Positions 51,985-64,000 of a DNA stretch of 64,000 nucleotides are shown one piece after another. Source of the stretch: Botryllus schlosseri (Eukaryota). The stretch spans positions 8,496,001 to 8,560,000 of the forward strand of contig CM119371.1 of the NCBI GenBank assembly GCA_051294905.1, in the 5' to 3' direction. The notes beneath the pieces were generated by a model. That model saw only the letters and a list, made by a program, of their open reading frames with translations. It was not told the origin of the DNA and searched no databases. The position numbers and the translations under genes were made by a program. Numbering within the stretch: the first letter of the stretch is position 1; each line of letters starts with the position of its first letter.

Positions 51985-52915
51985 CAGTGTTGGGATCGAG
52001 TCACTACCTTCGAGTCACGAGTCATTTCGAGTCATTGCCCATTTTGACTCGAGTCAAGTCAAGTCAATCGATTTTCAAAGGTGACTCGAGTCAAGTCAAG
52101 TCACTCGATTTTTGGAGGTGACTCGAGTCAAGTCGAGTCAAGTCAAGTCAAGTCACGAGTCAAGTCACAATTCAAGTCAAGTTGCCTTTTCGAAGTATGG
52201 GGCATGATGATGTCATTGCATTTTGATAGCTGTCTGAAATACAGATTGAGTGGTCATTGATTTTGAACCGATGAACGAATATAGAGTTAAATATGCACGC
52301 AAGAAGGCGCTGTATCGCTCACATATACGTAGAACTGCTAAACCACAGTTTATAGTTACCAGCCAAACTAGAGAATAGATACGATTTGATAGGATGCGAT
52401 ACATTACGCATTTACAAATCGATATGATGCAATTCGAGCCTGCGTCAATGGATGAGGACTATATAAAATATATTCAAATTCAATTTCATATATTCGATTT
52501 CAATTTCAATAAAACAAGAGGTTTGGTTAAGGCAAAAACAGAGATTAATTACTTTATTATACTAGTTTACGACAACGTAAGCTGTAAGCTTCGATCATGT
52601 CGTTTGCGGTCAATTTATTTGCACGATTATTAAATGATTGGAAATGATTGGTCGCTCTCACGGTTAGACCAGCGTTTCGCGAACAATCCGAACATATGCA
52701 TGATTAAGTGATTTTCATCGACACCGATTACTTGATGACTTGAAATTGACTCGTGAATTTTGCTCCGAGTCACGAGTCAATCCATATTTCTGATACGTCG
52801 AGTCAAGTCAAGTCAAGTCATTTTAGCAAAGTGACTCGAGTCAAGTCAAGTCATTCGAAAAAGGTGACTCGAGTCTGACTCGAGTCAAGTCATGACTCGA
52901 GTCATCCCAACACTG
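51985..52915. mobile_element. hAT MITE with (GAGTC/AAGTC)n arrays
   Basis: CAGTGTTGGGAT TIRs; perfect TSD atctatat. Confidence 0.93.
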
Positions 52916-54313
52916 ATCTATATATGCCGAAATCACAGTGAAAATCGTATTCTTTTTGTCCTTCCACTTGTAAATGCCCATATATTGCGAAGTCTCTGCG
53001 AAAATCGAAGTCTCTTCCGTGTTTTCGCTTTGCGAATGCCTAGCCGGGGCATGCCCCGGTAGCGCTCATAACAAGCTTTCACTGTCTATTCTCTCAAAGC
53101 CGCGCACAATAAAGAAACAGTGATTTACTCTCTCCTATTCATAAAATTACCGAGCAGGTGGGGCAACATAGCCTGGTTACCCTTAAGGTGTGATGTAATT
53201 ATCGTATCTATATCTGAGCTCAGTTACCGTCATATGCGTTTAGTCGACCTTTGCTGGTATAGGTCAATTTTGTTGGTGTTTCACCATATGGTAATTCTTG
53301 AAACTTGGTATGTCATGTCGTGATGGGGGTATTTAACACTGCCCCAAGTTTCAGGGTTTCTACTTAAAGTTTAGGGTAGTAATTCCGTTTCCGAATTTGA
53401 GTGTGTGGTGATCCGTCATGTATCGCAAACATATTTTACGCAAAGCCGGTATTGGTCTCCATTGATTTTAACGATGCTCCTTACCTAGATCCGTCATGAG
53501 CTTTTGCATGGTATGTCTTGATTTTACTATCGATCGCTGTGCCAAGTCTCAAGATTGGCACTCAATGATTAGTGCAGCAATTTCGTTATCAAGGTCGAGT
53601 ATGGTAGAGATGTGCGCTGATCTGACACTACCTAACCTACCTAACGCATTGCAGATTTCACGCAAAAGCCGGTGTATCTGTGTTAAAGCTAACTGTGTTC
53701 CATACCGAGATCGGTGATGAGATGATGATATCATGAAACAGTTTACTAACAACATCGGTTTGCATTCAAATATTTACTTTTATTTTATATTCTCCAATGT
53801 GAATTTCACCGTGAAATTGTGGCGTTCAGGCCATTTGCTTACAATTACAACCCCTGTGAAGCGCGATAGCTGTTTCGTTTTGGATGGCGGCTAACAGCTG
53901 ATCGCTTGATCAGCCTATTCCTCAGTAAATTTTAGGCGAAATTCGGTGTTGGTCTGTTCGTATTAATTTTGACAGTGGACCATACCGAAAACTGTCATGA
54001 GGCTACTTCTCGATGATTTCATGTAACAGTGTACCAAGTTTTCGACTTTCATCCACGTAATTATTCGGCAATATATTTTCCAAAGGCGATTTTGCAGCAG
54101 ACATATAGACACCAGAGATGAGCATGGATTAGGATTAGGTTTTGAAAAAACAGGATTTGTGAAATTTTGTCGGATTTGGATTGGATTTGGATTAGACATT
54201 TTTTCGGAACGGATTAGGATTTGGATTGGATTTACCTATTTTCTGGGGGATTGAAATGTCGTATGGCGAATGGCGACAAACTTTATTCAGATCAGTTATT
54301 ATTGTACTTATGG

Positions 54314-57218
54314 TAGGGTTGCCATACGTCCGGAATTTCCCGGACATGTCCGGAATTTCACCGAAAAATCTGCGTCCGGGAGGAATTTATAAAATATGCC
54401 TAAATGTCCGGAATTTTGAAGGCTTGAAGCAGGCTCCAAAGTTTTTCGTAAATCAACATAAACAAAGTTATTTTCAAGCAGATTTATGCTATTCAAAATT
54501 GTTCTTCGCGCCGCTCGCGAGTTAATGCAACGTATAATGATATTAGTATGGGCTCCAGGCACCACCCTCGCCAAAAATGCAATCAAAATAAATATAAATA
54601 ACCACCATTTACTGAAATAAGTCTGATTGTAATCGCAATTATAAGCTAACGGTATATTCCTAGAGTTGGTTAAACCGATTGGATGCTTCAATCACAGACA
54701 GTGGTTCCAAATCTAGGGCTCGTCCGCCTTTATCTGGAGATCGCGATGATGTTGGACGTAATCAGCTTCCTAGGCCGCGAGTAAGTTTGGGCAAGCTGAA
54801 TTTTTTCAGTAATCAGCTTTACAAATTTTGAGCTTTGCCACGGAACATTTTCAAGTGGGAAACGAGGTCGCGAGCATAAAAGGTTGGAAATCACTGGATG
54901 TGCAACCTGCTGGTGCATTTTATAATAGCCTAATATATCGAAGAATCAATATTAATGACAGAATTCATACATAAAATTCAACAGTCAAATGCTAAATGCA
55001 TGTAGTAAGTGCCCAACAAGTTACATCGAATACCCTATGGTGGCCCAAGATCAGTGCTTTTTGGGCCCTGACAGGCCAGACCCGACCCGCCAGATGATTT
55101 CATCCGGTCGTGGAGAAATCTATTGCAAACCCTAGCAAGTAGCAATTACCAGAGCTCACATTACAGATGGCTCAATTCATGACATATGTTCCACTTCACT
55201 CCTGTATAATGTATCTGTATATAGTCGATGGGCAATGCTTTGCTAGTGTGACGTCATATTGACGGTCAATGTGTTACAACTCATTTTAAAGGTCAACTAT
55301 ATCGACCAAAACAACTTTGGCTCATTTTATAGAGTTTTTTATGCTGATTCCAATAATATACATCCTAACTTCTAAAATTACGTATTTTCTGAGATATCGC
55401 AGTGCAAACTGCCGACCTCTGAGAAACGGCTGTAAAATCAGCAACCGTGTCGATGACGTACTACCATGAGGATTTTGCCGATACATGGAACACTGAATGG
55501 GATGTCTAAGTCAATCGTTGGTTGTTGTCTTCGCCTAAATTACCTGATGCTGCGTTGTTTCGATTCGTCATGCCCGACTGGACTATTCAACCTTCATTTA
55601 ATGGTACTTTAGGTTCTTATAATTTGCGATGGCTTGTGTAGAGGAAGTACAGAAGCCAAGGTGCAAGGCAAGCAGTTCTGTTTCCATCTCATGTATTGAT
55701 CCCATGGAAACGCCACCTCGGTAAGGACGAGGACGGCTAGCTGCCACGCACTTCAATGAAAACAGATGCAGAGAGCAGAAGAAAAGCAAGTCCGGAAAGA
55801 CCCTTTTGCAGTCCAATATAAGGAAGGCTGCTGTGCTCACCGATGCACAGTGTTTTTCAATAAGCTGCTGTAGTCGGAGTAGGAGCACTTTGCCATCACA
55901 CTTTCTCTACCGCAAAGGATGCTGTACAATGGTGAAGAACGACTTCTGGAGGCACATCTGTCATTCAATCATTGACCAGTTGACCACGAGGTGTGGCCAG
56001 AACCCCCTCCCCTTGCTGCTGCACGTGCAAGATTGCAACGAGATCAAGCCATACATCACGATGATGCCGTGTCACGGTAGGTAATTATTATTTCAACCTC
56101 ACATTTCCCAACAAATTCAGAGATTTGTAACTTCAAACAACCACCCCTGATCTAGGCGTACATAAAAAACTCTTGTCCTGCTGCTGGCTTTCACATAGAT
56201 ATTGAACCGGTGTTACAATAAAAATAAAGTAAATGGAGTGTTAGTGATTGTATATCATTGGATATCTGCTGTAAATTATTATTTCAGAAACATTGACAAT
56301 CCTGGCCGAGGGCATCATGCTGGAGCATAACATCAAAAAAAGAAAATTCGCCAAAGAATCCTGGGAATATCACTTATTCACAGAGATTTATTGAAATAAT
56401 TTCCTTCTATGATATTATAATTTTTGCGATTCTGTATTTATTAGAACCCAATAAAAGCTTTCGACTTTTCTGTATGTATTAGGATCCAGTAAAAGCTTTT
56501 GAGTAAAGCCATTTTATTACATACAAAGATAAAGTGGAAGTAGCAGTCGGTGAGAACTGATCAGCGACGTCGGAATACTTCGGATCCAGTGCATGCGGCG
56601 GAGCTGAATTCCTTTGAGTGAATCTAGTCAGGTCAAGCGTCTCTGAAAAGTCAATATGTATTAGTTATATGCATCGGTCTTCAAGCTTAGATCGTCAGCA
56701 TACCGCACAATCTTACATGCATGCGTTACACTAATTGTTTTAGACGCGCAAGTCCAATCATTTGACCAAACGGTACGGTACTTTCGTCGTCCAGTAATGC
56801 CTGATTGTATATACCATTCAATGGCTTACCTATACACGGGAATTCCTCAATAGTGTCGGAATCAGATTTACTAAACACCGTGTAGCTATCAGTTGAGTCC
56901 ACAGCTTCAGAGGTTGACATTATCCCACTTCAACACATACACCACAGCCACAGCATCAGAAATCCTCATGGTACTACGTCATCGACATGCTTCATTGATT
57001 TTACTACCGTTTTCGTCTGTGGTGGCATTTTGCGACTTTCGCTGCTCGATATCTCAGAAAATACGTAATTTTAGAAGGTATGGTGTATATTTTTGGAATC
57101 AGCATGTAAAACTCTACTGAATGAGCCAAAGTTGTTTCGGTCGATATAGTTGACCTTTAAATTCCGCTAGTGGGCGCTAAACAGTGTCCGGAATTTGCTT
57201 AAAAATATGGCAACCCTA
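54314..57218. mobile_element. TAGGGTTGCC-family hAT element nested in 54113-57451
   Basis: TAGGGTTGCCATA...TATGGCAACCCTA termini; perfect TSD acttatgg. Confidence 0.92.
55290..57156 (+). mobile_element. Kolobok-type DNA transposon, internally deleted
   Basis: TTAA TSD, AGGTCAACTATATCGACC termini with ~130-bp TIRs, internal RLAATHFNENRCREQ motif resembling the Kolobok transposase C-terminus. Confidence 0.82.
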
Positions 57219-57466
57219 ACTTATGGTTACTAAGTTATCTTGAATCAAGTGAATCGTTGGTTGTGAAAGAAAATTTTCGAATCCCTCCATTGCATACATT
57301 AGTATTTTTTCTGAATTTCCAGTTGGAATCGGATTAGGATTGGACATGGACTTGAATATGAAAAAGTTATGGATTAGGATTTGGATTTGGATTTGAAGGT
57401 TCGGATTTGGATTGTATTAGGACATAGAAATTTCAAATCCGCTCATCTCTGATAGACACTATATAC

Positions 57467-59331
57467 CAGTGGTTCCCAACCTTTTTCCACTTACGTACCA
57501 TTTTGAGGTTTTATGCAGTGCTCGCGTACCATCTATATAGGGTACGCGCGTTTCCACAATTTATGACGTCATACTCACGTATTTGACCTAGGCGAGGTGT
57601 ATTAACAAATTCTATTAAACTAGGTTAGGGATGTCAAACATACGGCCCGCCAGACGATTTTATCCGGCCCGCATAGCAATTCTGAGTACATCGAAAAAAG
57701 ATTATATTATCCATCGCATCCACAGTAATAAACCAAATTAGTCCTTGTTGACAGTTACATATCTTGTATTCATCACAACGCATACGCAGCGATAACGCCA
57801 GATGATGACTAAAGCAGGGGTGGCCAACCGTTTTGCCATTCACATTTTGACTACTCGTGTAGACTACGGCCGCATTCGAGGGCATAGTTGTAATGAACGA
57901 GCTGTACGCCAAATACCCAGGTTAAAGTGTCTATGTCCATTTCTGGTGAACTCCGGCCTAATCTATTTAATGGTAGGCTTACCATGCGCACCAAAATCGC
58001 GAGTGGTCACTGGTAATGTTAAGGAAGGAAGTGCTCATAGCCGCGCGAAGCGCGAAAAAAATTCAGATTCACCAATGAATTTCGTCATTGATATTAGTTT
58101 TACATATTACCATCAAACATTTATCCTTTTTCATCCCGTGTGATCAGATTCACTGGTATAGAGTTGATGTAGGGGTGTTTTCGAAAATTTAACGCAAGTT
58201 ATAAATTATGATACATCTTCGGGTGGGCCAATTGGTATTAGTCACTTTGTAGCAAGCTGTTATTTCTTGGCCTCCCATCAGGATTGTTAGTATAGTGAGG
58301 AGCACACGATTCCGAGCTGATATTTCCATGTGAGGCGCATCATTTTCCATTGATGTTCGCATCTGTATTGTGGGGCTCTGATAGCAAAGAATGCTACTAT
58401 ATTAAAATCGAAAAATGTAGTCGCATTGAATCGCGCGCAGCGCGAAGAAAACTTCAATTAATTAAAATCTTTCAAGAAATCGGGAGTCAATTCGTAAATT
58501 CGAATTGCATGTCGACGGCCGCCAACACATACTAATGAATTGCGTGTCTACGGCCGCAAGTTGGCCACCCCTGGACTAAAGCAAAGGGAACACTGAAATA
58601 TGTCTACTTGTATCGCCAGTAATGCCATTGTATTCAACCGGAAAAACATCGTATTTTCGCCAATTTCATAGTTCGCAAATGATGGTGTTGTGACTCGCTA
58701 TAGAATGAAACCCCGACGATCCGTGTATTATCTATATATGCTTGATAATAAAGTATTCCAGCGAGAAGCAATGGCACGAGGCAACATCTTGGATTCCGTT
58801 GACTGGTCCGGCCTGCGAGCGATTTCATGACTTCGATCCGGCCCGCGATGCAATTTGAGTTTGACACCCCTGAACTATAGGCACTATCACCCAGGGTTGA
58901 TGGGATGTATGGAATTGTTTTTTCACCTCCAGTCACAAGAAGAACAACATAATGAAATAACAACACACATTCAAAAGTCAATTTATTTAATGCGATGGCT
59001 GCATTTGTTTATTTTCCACTAGCTTGTCGATGCGTGGTATACGTTTGCTTGCAGCGCATCGAAATTCATGTATGCGCACAACAAGTCGGGTTCGTTTCTT
59101 CGACTTGATAGTCATCAGAGATGAAAATCCTTGCTCGCATTCCTACGTATAAGGGAAAATTAGCAGCTGATGGGGCATAGCGTGAGACGACGGCTTCAAA
59201 AAACTCAAAATCAACCTCACCTGAACTAGTAACTCCCTTCGGTCGAAAAAAAAACAGAATCTACTCGCGTACCACCTGGAAGACCTTCGCGTACCACTAG
59301 TGCTACGCGTACCACAGGTTGGGAACCACTG
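57467..59331. mobile_element. hAT element with two nested MITEs (about 57626-58872 and 57815-58573)
   Basis: CAGTGGTTCCCAACC TIRs, TSD ctatatac / ctatagac; innermost element has CAGGGGTGGCCAAC TIRs and perfect TSD gactaaag. Confidence 0.88.
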
Positions 59332-59859
59332 CTATAGACCGTAAGCCGTATGTGTCGTGTGACAGTCTCAAACCTCAAGGCCAAAATCTCCTATGCTGTA
59401 CCGGAACCGAATTTCCGAGGCTGCTATCCGTAGTTCTTCAGAATTATGTTTTGGATTCAATATGACATGCCCAATCTATGAGATTACAATTCCGTATGTG
59501 TCCGAACTCCTCGACCTTTCCAGTTAGACTCACGCAATCTCCCGAGTTATAGTCATTTTCATTTCTGCAGATAATTAGTCAGGTATAGTGCGAACATGAA
59601 CCGTGTCAAATCTTTGTTCCGTGCGCCGTTTACGCAGTTACCACACTTCAAGTCACAGCTCACCGGCAGACCTCTCGCGGCACATACGTTAAAACCACTG
59701 TTGTCGGGAAGTTCGTGTTACCTTACCACCAAGTTACTTGTTTACGTTGGAGAACGCCATTGGGACGTCATCTTGATAAAAAGTCGCTTGCAGCCCTTGT
59801 CCCACCACCCGATATTGTCACGAGCCGCCACTGACATTTTAAACAGTAATCGAACCGAG

Positions 59860-60530
59860 AGTATGGAACTAGTATATTCTGAGTTGTTGATGGGTTTACC
59901 CACGTTCAGTTTTGCTGACGTAGACAGGATTGCCAGTGAATCGAGGGGCAGTGGAAATAACAAAGATTAAGGATATAAATTATTCGTTGAGTCTTATGTA
60001 ACAGATTTTTGAGGTTTGTAGAAATTTACACCAGCATAGGTTGTTGGTAGATATTTTCAAGCAGTTCAGTCGTTAGCTCTCACCTGCCTTTCCGTATTTT
60101 TATTTAAGAACTAGTAGTAATGACTTCGCAAGTAGCATCAGTAATGAGTTTGCTCATATCGGTATCTGCACAGTGTTGAGCGATGTACAGCACTTTGCAG
60201 GCAGTGTGATGTTATAAAATGTTGAATCAAAATTTTTAGTTATTTGTATTTTCAGCATGTAACGACACTGCAATTTTCTACGAGCAGGCGAAGCGCTATC
60301 ATACCATGTCGAGAAACAGCCCTCTTCACAATTTGAAATTTACAATGAATAGACAAGCTGGTCAAATTATTTTAAGTCATTCGTTTTCATGTCCACATTG
60401 TCCAGCTGGTGAAGAATTCTGCAACCATATTTTTGCTTTACTGTATCAAATCGCTCATTTTTCAACCCTCAAATGCACCAAAGTCCCCCAACAAAGAGCT
60501 GCACATCACAGCCACAGTCATGCCACAGGC
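59860..60530 (+). pseudogene. Decayed SWIM zinc-finger ORF, probably the accessory gene of an ISL2EU/Kolobok-type transposon
   Basis: Exon LPTFSFADVD...KD*GYKLFVESYV, an intron ending at 60256, then CPHCPAGEEFCNHIFALLY (SWIM) followed by a frameshifted SCTSQPQSCHRP. Confidence 0.7.
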
Positions 60531-61199
60531 CTTTTTTTCTTCGTGCCCCAAAACCCGAAATCTCTATTTCCAACCTTTAAACTTGCTCCCTCCTATGAAA
60601 TTCGGTAAGACTTGTATTGTAAAGACTTGCTATTGGTGAAAGTTGAGATCCCCAGAATGGAACAGCACGCAGCCAAATTTATGAGCAGTGAACTAATTTG
60701 ACATGAAAGATGTGCAGTCTATATACGCTGTAGGCAACCCAAGTAGCCTATATAAATGGGATAGTCCATAATGAAACATAATAAATATTATAATAGCACT
60801 GTCTTAAATGCGATTCCATTTATGTGCCTTTTACATGTTGATTTGGCCGAAATAATGAAACCGCTTCATAATATGCAATAAAGTTGCTGTTCCGGTGAGC
60901 TGACCATTACCATTGTTTCGCCAATGTGGAATCCGGAGTAGCAGTATTGTAATGGTACCTTTGATCCGCCTCGAATCATCCTATTCAATTCGACTTTGGA
61001 TAACTGGTCCGTCCTGCCAATACCCGTGTGAATTCAGTATACTGGACTTCGCGACAGTAATGCCAAGGTACGGCTATTACATCACGCAGTAATCAGTGGC
61101 TAGTCCTCAATCAATCATTATTTACTCATCTTGTCCGGCTAGCTATATAGTGTCACGGATCCTTCGGTCGTACTCCATTCAATTGGAAGAAATTCTTAC

Positions 61200-61421
61200 T
61201 CGATAAGTTGATACAGCCGCCGTCTTTCGTTGGACCGCTGGTGTTTTGTTTTGGTAGGATATATTGCTGGTGTGGATGTAGAATTAAGTTCGTACCAATT
61301 CGATGTGTATCGGCAGGTAAAACCATCGTTGCTTCGGTCGACATGCATCGTCAATCTGGAGCGAAAAGAGTTACAATCCGCAGTGGGAAGCCGTTTGATA
61401 CCGTACATTTCATTGCAATAA
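61200..61421 (-). CDS. Candidate isolated exon of an unidentified minus-strand gene
   Basis: ttttccag acceptor, GA|gtaaga donor, 222 nt, open and phase-symmetric (YCNEMYGIKRLPTADCNSFRSRLTMHVDRSNDGFTCRY...). No recognisable domain. Confidence 0.3.
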
Positions 61422-62976
61422 CTGGAAAACGCGAAATTGGTGGTGAGATGCATACTCTGTACCACATTCAAGTTTGCGATAACCACGGTGCCCGCATGCT
61501 GATAATCTAATGGTTAACGTCGTCGCCCTAGTTCTCTACCTACTGCTGACAGGAGCCTGACAAATTTAACGACAACCCTATATCGTAGAATGAATACCCA
61601 ATAGCCGATCAACAAAATGGCTTAAATAGTTCCGCGTCGTAGATGTAGGACCTTATGTCATGCCGGTCACATTGTTCATGTATTGATCTGTCTTGAGCAA
61701 CGGCCCTCCCATCCTTATAATACAGTTTTATTCAATAGAGAGATGAGGAAGAGTGGTGTTACCGATGAAAACATCGTACCGTGATACCGCACTTTAGATA
61801 AGCTCAGCAATACCGACAGCTTTTGTTCAAATAAAGATGTATTCACAATATAGATCATTAAAATAAGGCCCTTATTTTGAACATTTATTTGCATTTCTTT
61901 GGCCATGACTATTTATGCATAAAAATCTAACATTACAGCAATTGGTTAATGTAGGCCTGCATATGCAGTGCACGACATGCGACTTGTACTACACGTACAT
62001 TCAGGAGGCATGTTAACGTGTCTAAATACCCACGGAGTTCTTACGAATTGAATCAAACTGCAATAAACAGCACTTGCTTGACTAGACTCGGGACTGGTAT
62101 TGAAGAATGACACATAGTATATTGTATACATTGAATATTTTGACTGATTTTCATCACTTTTTCATCAAGTAACTAGAAAGCTGCGGAATCTGAACTCGAA
62201 CCGTAATATATTAATACCGCCTATTCACATTTTCATTATGTTCTTGTTCTAAAGGTCGGGGTTCGACAATTGATCCAGCCAACTCGCTCGCAGTCCAGGA
62301 AATAAAACTGCTCGATAAGGAAGGTGGTAAGCTATATTAATGACGTTTACTGTGCTGCCTCAAAAGGCTATGCGAGTGTTGGTCAGTAGTTCTGAATGTT
62401 GTAGGGTCGTTTACTGGCAAGATTTCAAAAAAAATGCTGACCAGCATCGTACATTTGTTTGAATTGCAGTTTTCGCATGGCAAAGTCCTCTTATCAAAAT
62501 ACGAGTTATTGGTAAGCAACGGGACTGTTCGGTGTATGTAAGAACTATGAGTTTTTTTTATAAATATTTAGGTTAGACTCTATACTGCCAAATATCGATT
62601 AATATGTCGGTTGAATTTGATCGAATATCTCGTCAAAGAAAATATCCACTTGCAGGACCTAGCTTTCACGTATGTGACTTTTAGTTTTTTCGTACTCTTA
62701 AACTAGGGGTCGGAACCTTCGGTTATTTTGATGATATGGTTTGGCAGTCTTGTAAATTGATGTGATACTTGATTTGCATTTCATCTATCAGTATTGCATC
62801 AACGCGTATCATTTTCAAAAGGACCATAATAAATATTCTTATGGAATCAAGCCCATGCGTCGTTAAGACGGTGGCGAATTGTGAAGTAAAAATGACCAAT
62901 TGATATCAGGTTACAAAATTTTCTGTAGATGACGATATTATCCAGGCTGGAAGAAAGGAATTGACGTGCGTAACTG

Positions 62977-63580
62977 CAGGGTTGTAACCAAGCCATAAGG
63001 TTCCGAGTCACAAGTCAATCTCAATCTTATCGTTTTGACACGAGTCAAGTCGAGTCATTTTCAATTCACTAGCGAGTCAAGTCCGAGTTCAAGTCACGGA
63101 ATAGAGTGTCGATTTTGAGTCATCGTGTTTGACTCGAGTCCGACCGAGTCCAAGTCATTCTGTTCACTGCTCAGTTCCGAGTTGTGTCATGTGAAACTCA
63201 CTTTTTACAACTCCGCGTGGTGTTATTGAATGGTCCGCATTCATAATATACTAGTTTTCTTCATTTTTAGCAGTTTCTGGTAACATTTTTAGGTGCCAGT
63301 AATGATTGACGAAATAATAATCGTAGTGTAATAACTCTACTATTCTTCGAAATTACAATTAAATGCCTGTCTTGAAAGACCCAGTCTCAAGTCATATGAC
63401 TTGGACCGAGTCATGCGTAATGACTCTAGTACAAGTCGAGTCAATACACAAATCGACTCTCGAGTTGAGTCGAGTCATTTTACCTTTTTCAGAAAATGAC
63501 TCGAGTCAAGTCGAGTCACTAGAAAATCGCGAGTCGAGTCTGACTCGAGTCGAGTCATGACTCAAGTCCTTACAACCCTG
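62977..63580. mobile_element. hAT MITE with (GAGTC)n arrays
   Basis: CAGGGTTGTAA...TTACAACCCTG TIRs; perfect TSD cgtaactg; related right-end remnant at about 7714-7805. Confidence 0.92.
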
Positions 63581-64000
63581 CGTAACTGTAGGTAGAACCA
63601 TTACCGTATTGCTACTTTCGCGCCTGTTTCAGGGATTACTTATATGCCGCAAAACTGTAAAACCCGTGTACTGTTGTGTACGGTTGTTGGTTTTGCTTCA
63701 ATGACCCTACAAAGTTTCGAAAAATGTCAATGCGTCGGACGAGTAATGATATATTTACGATCATTACAACAGGATTGGCTTGTCCTGTCTTCTGGGGTAC
63801 GCGAATCCGGTTTGGTAGATAATTTAAACAAGGTGGTGAAATGGCATGTGCGCAGGGCACCAGTGTCATTTCACCAAGATCTGGTCCACGGAAAAAGCCC
63901 GCCAACGTCAAGCTATTATGGTGTGAAGATGCCAGTGGGGCTACCCCTATGTCATCGACAATAGAAGACTTTGTTCTTCACGTATTAGGAAAACCAGTGG

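Larger units (their letters stand above)
54113..57451. mobile_element. hAT MITE with (GGATTT/GGATTA)n arrays; outer shell of a triple nest
   Basis: CAGAGATGAGC...GCTCATCTCTG TIRs; perfect TSD atagacac. Confidence 0.93.

Noticed and set aside
54125..57420. GGATTA/GGATTT repeats as interstitial telomere
   Set aside because: Not TTAGGG; they are subterminal arrays bounded by TIRs and an 8-bp TSD.

Overview
AT-rich eukaryotic (animal) DNA, not prokaryotic: spliceosomal GT-AG exons scattered through dense, nested transposon debris. The TE content and gene style suggest an invertebrate, possibly an ascidian; this is inference only. The one well-supported host gene is a + strand NLR-type (NACHT/STAND) immune receptor spanning about 11.1-40.4 kb. 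It has a 1.54-kb NACHT exon (24577-26118), one clear LRR exon and several short degenerate C-terminal exons. No death-fold or TIR exon is visible upstream. Instead there are two paralogous, frame-compatible N-terminal exon pairs (11134-11575 and 17484-17926), each encoding a short Asn/Val/Ile-rich motif that looks like a RHIM-like or amyloid signalling motif. The rest consists of non-autonomous hAT elements (many with intact 8-bp TSDs, nested up to three deep), a 1.6-kb hATm-derived palindrome, Harbinger, Kolobok and ISL2EU-like relics, a Penelope element with a candidate hammerhead ribozyme, an R4/Dong-like retrotransposon 3' end, a CR1/L2 fragment and a tRNA-derived SINE. All calls were made by eye, with no alignments or database searches. 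Boundaries without a TSD or splice site are approximate.
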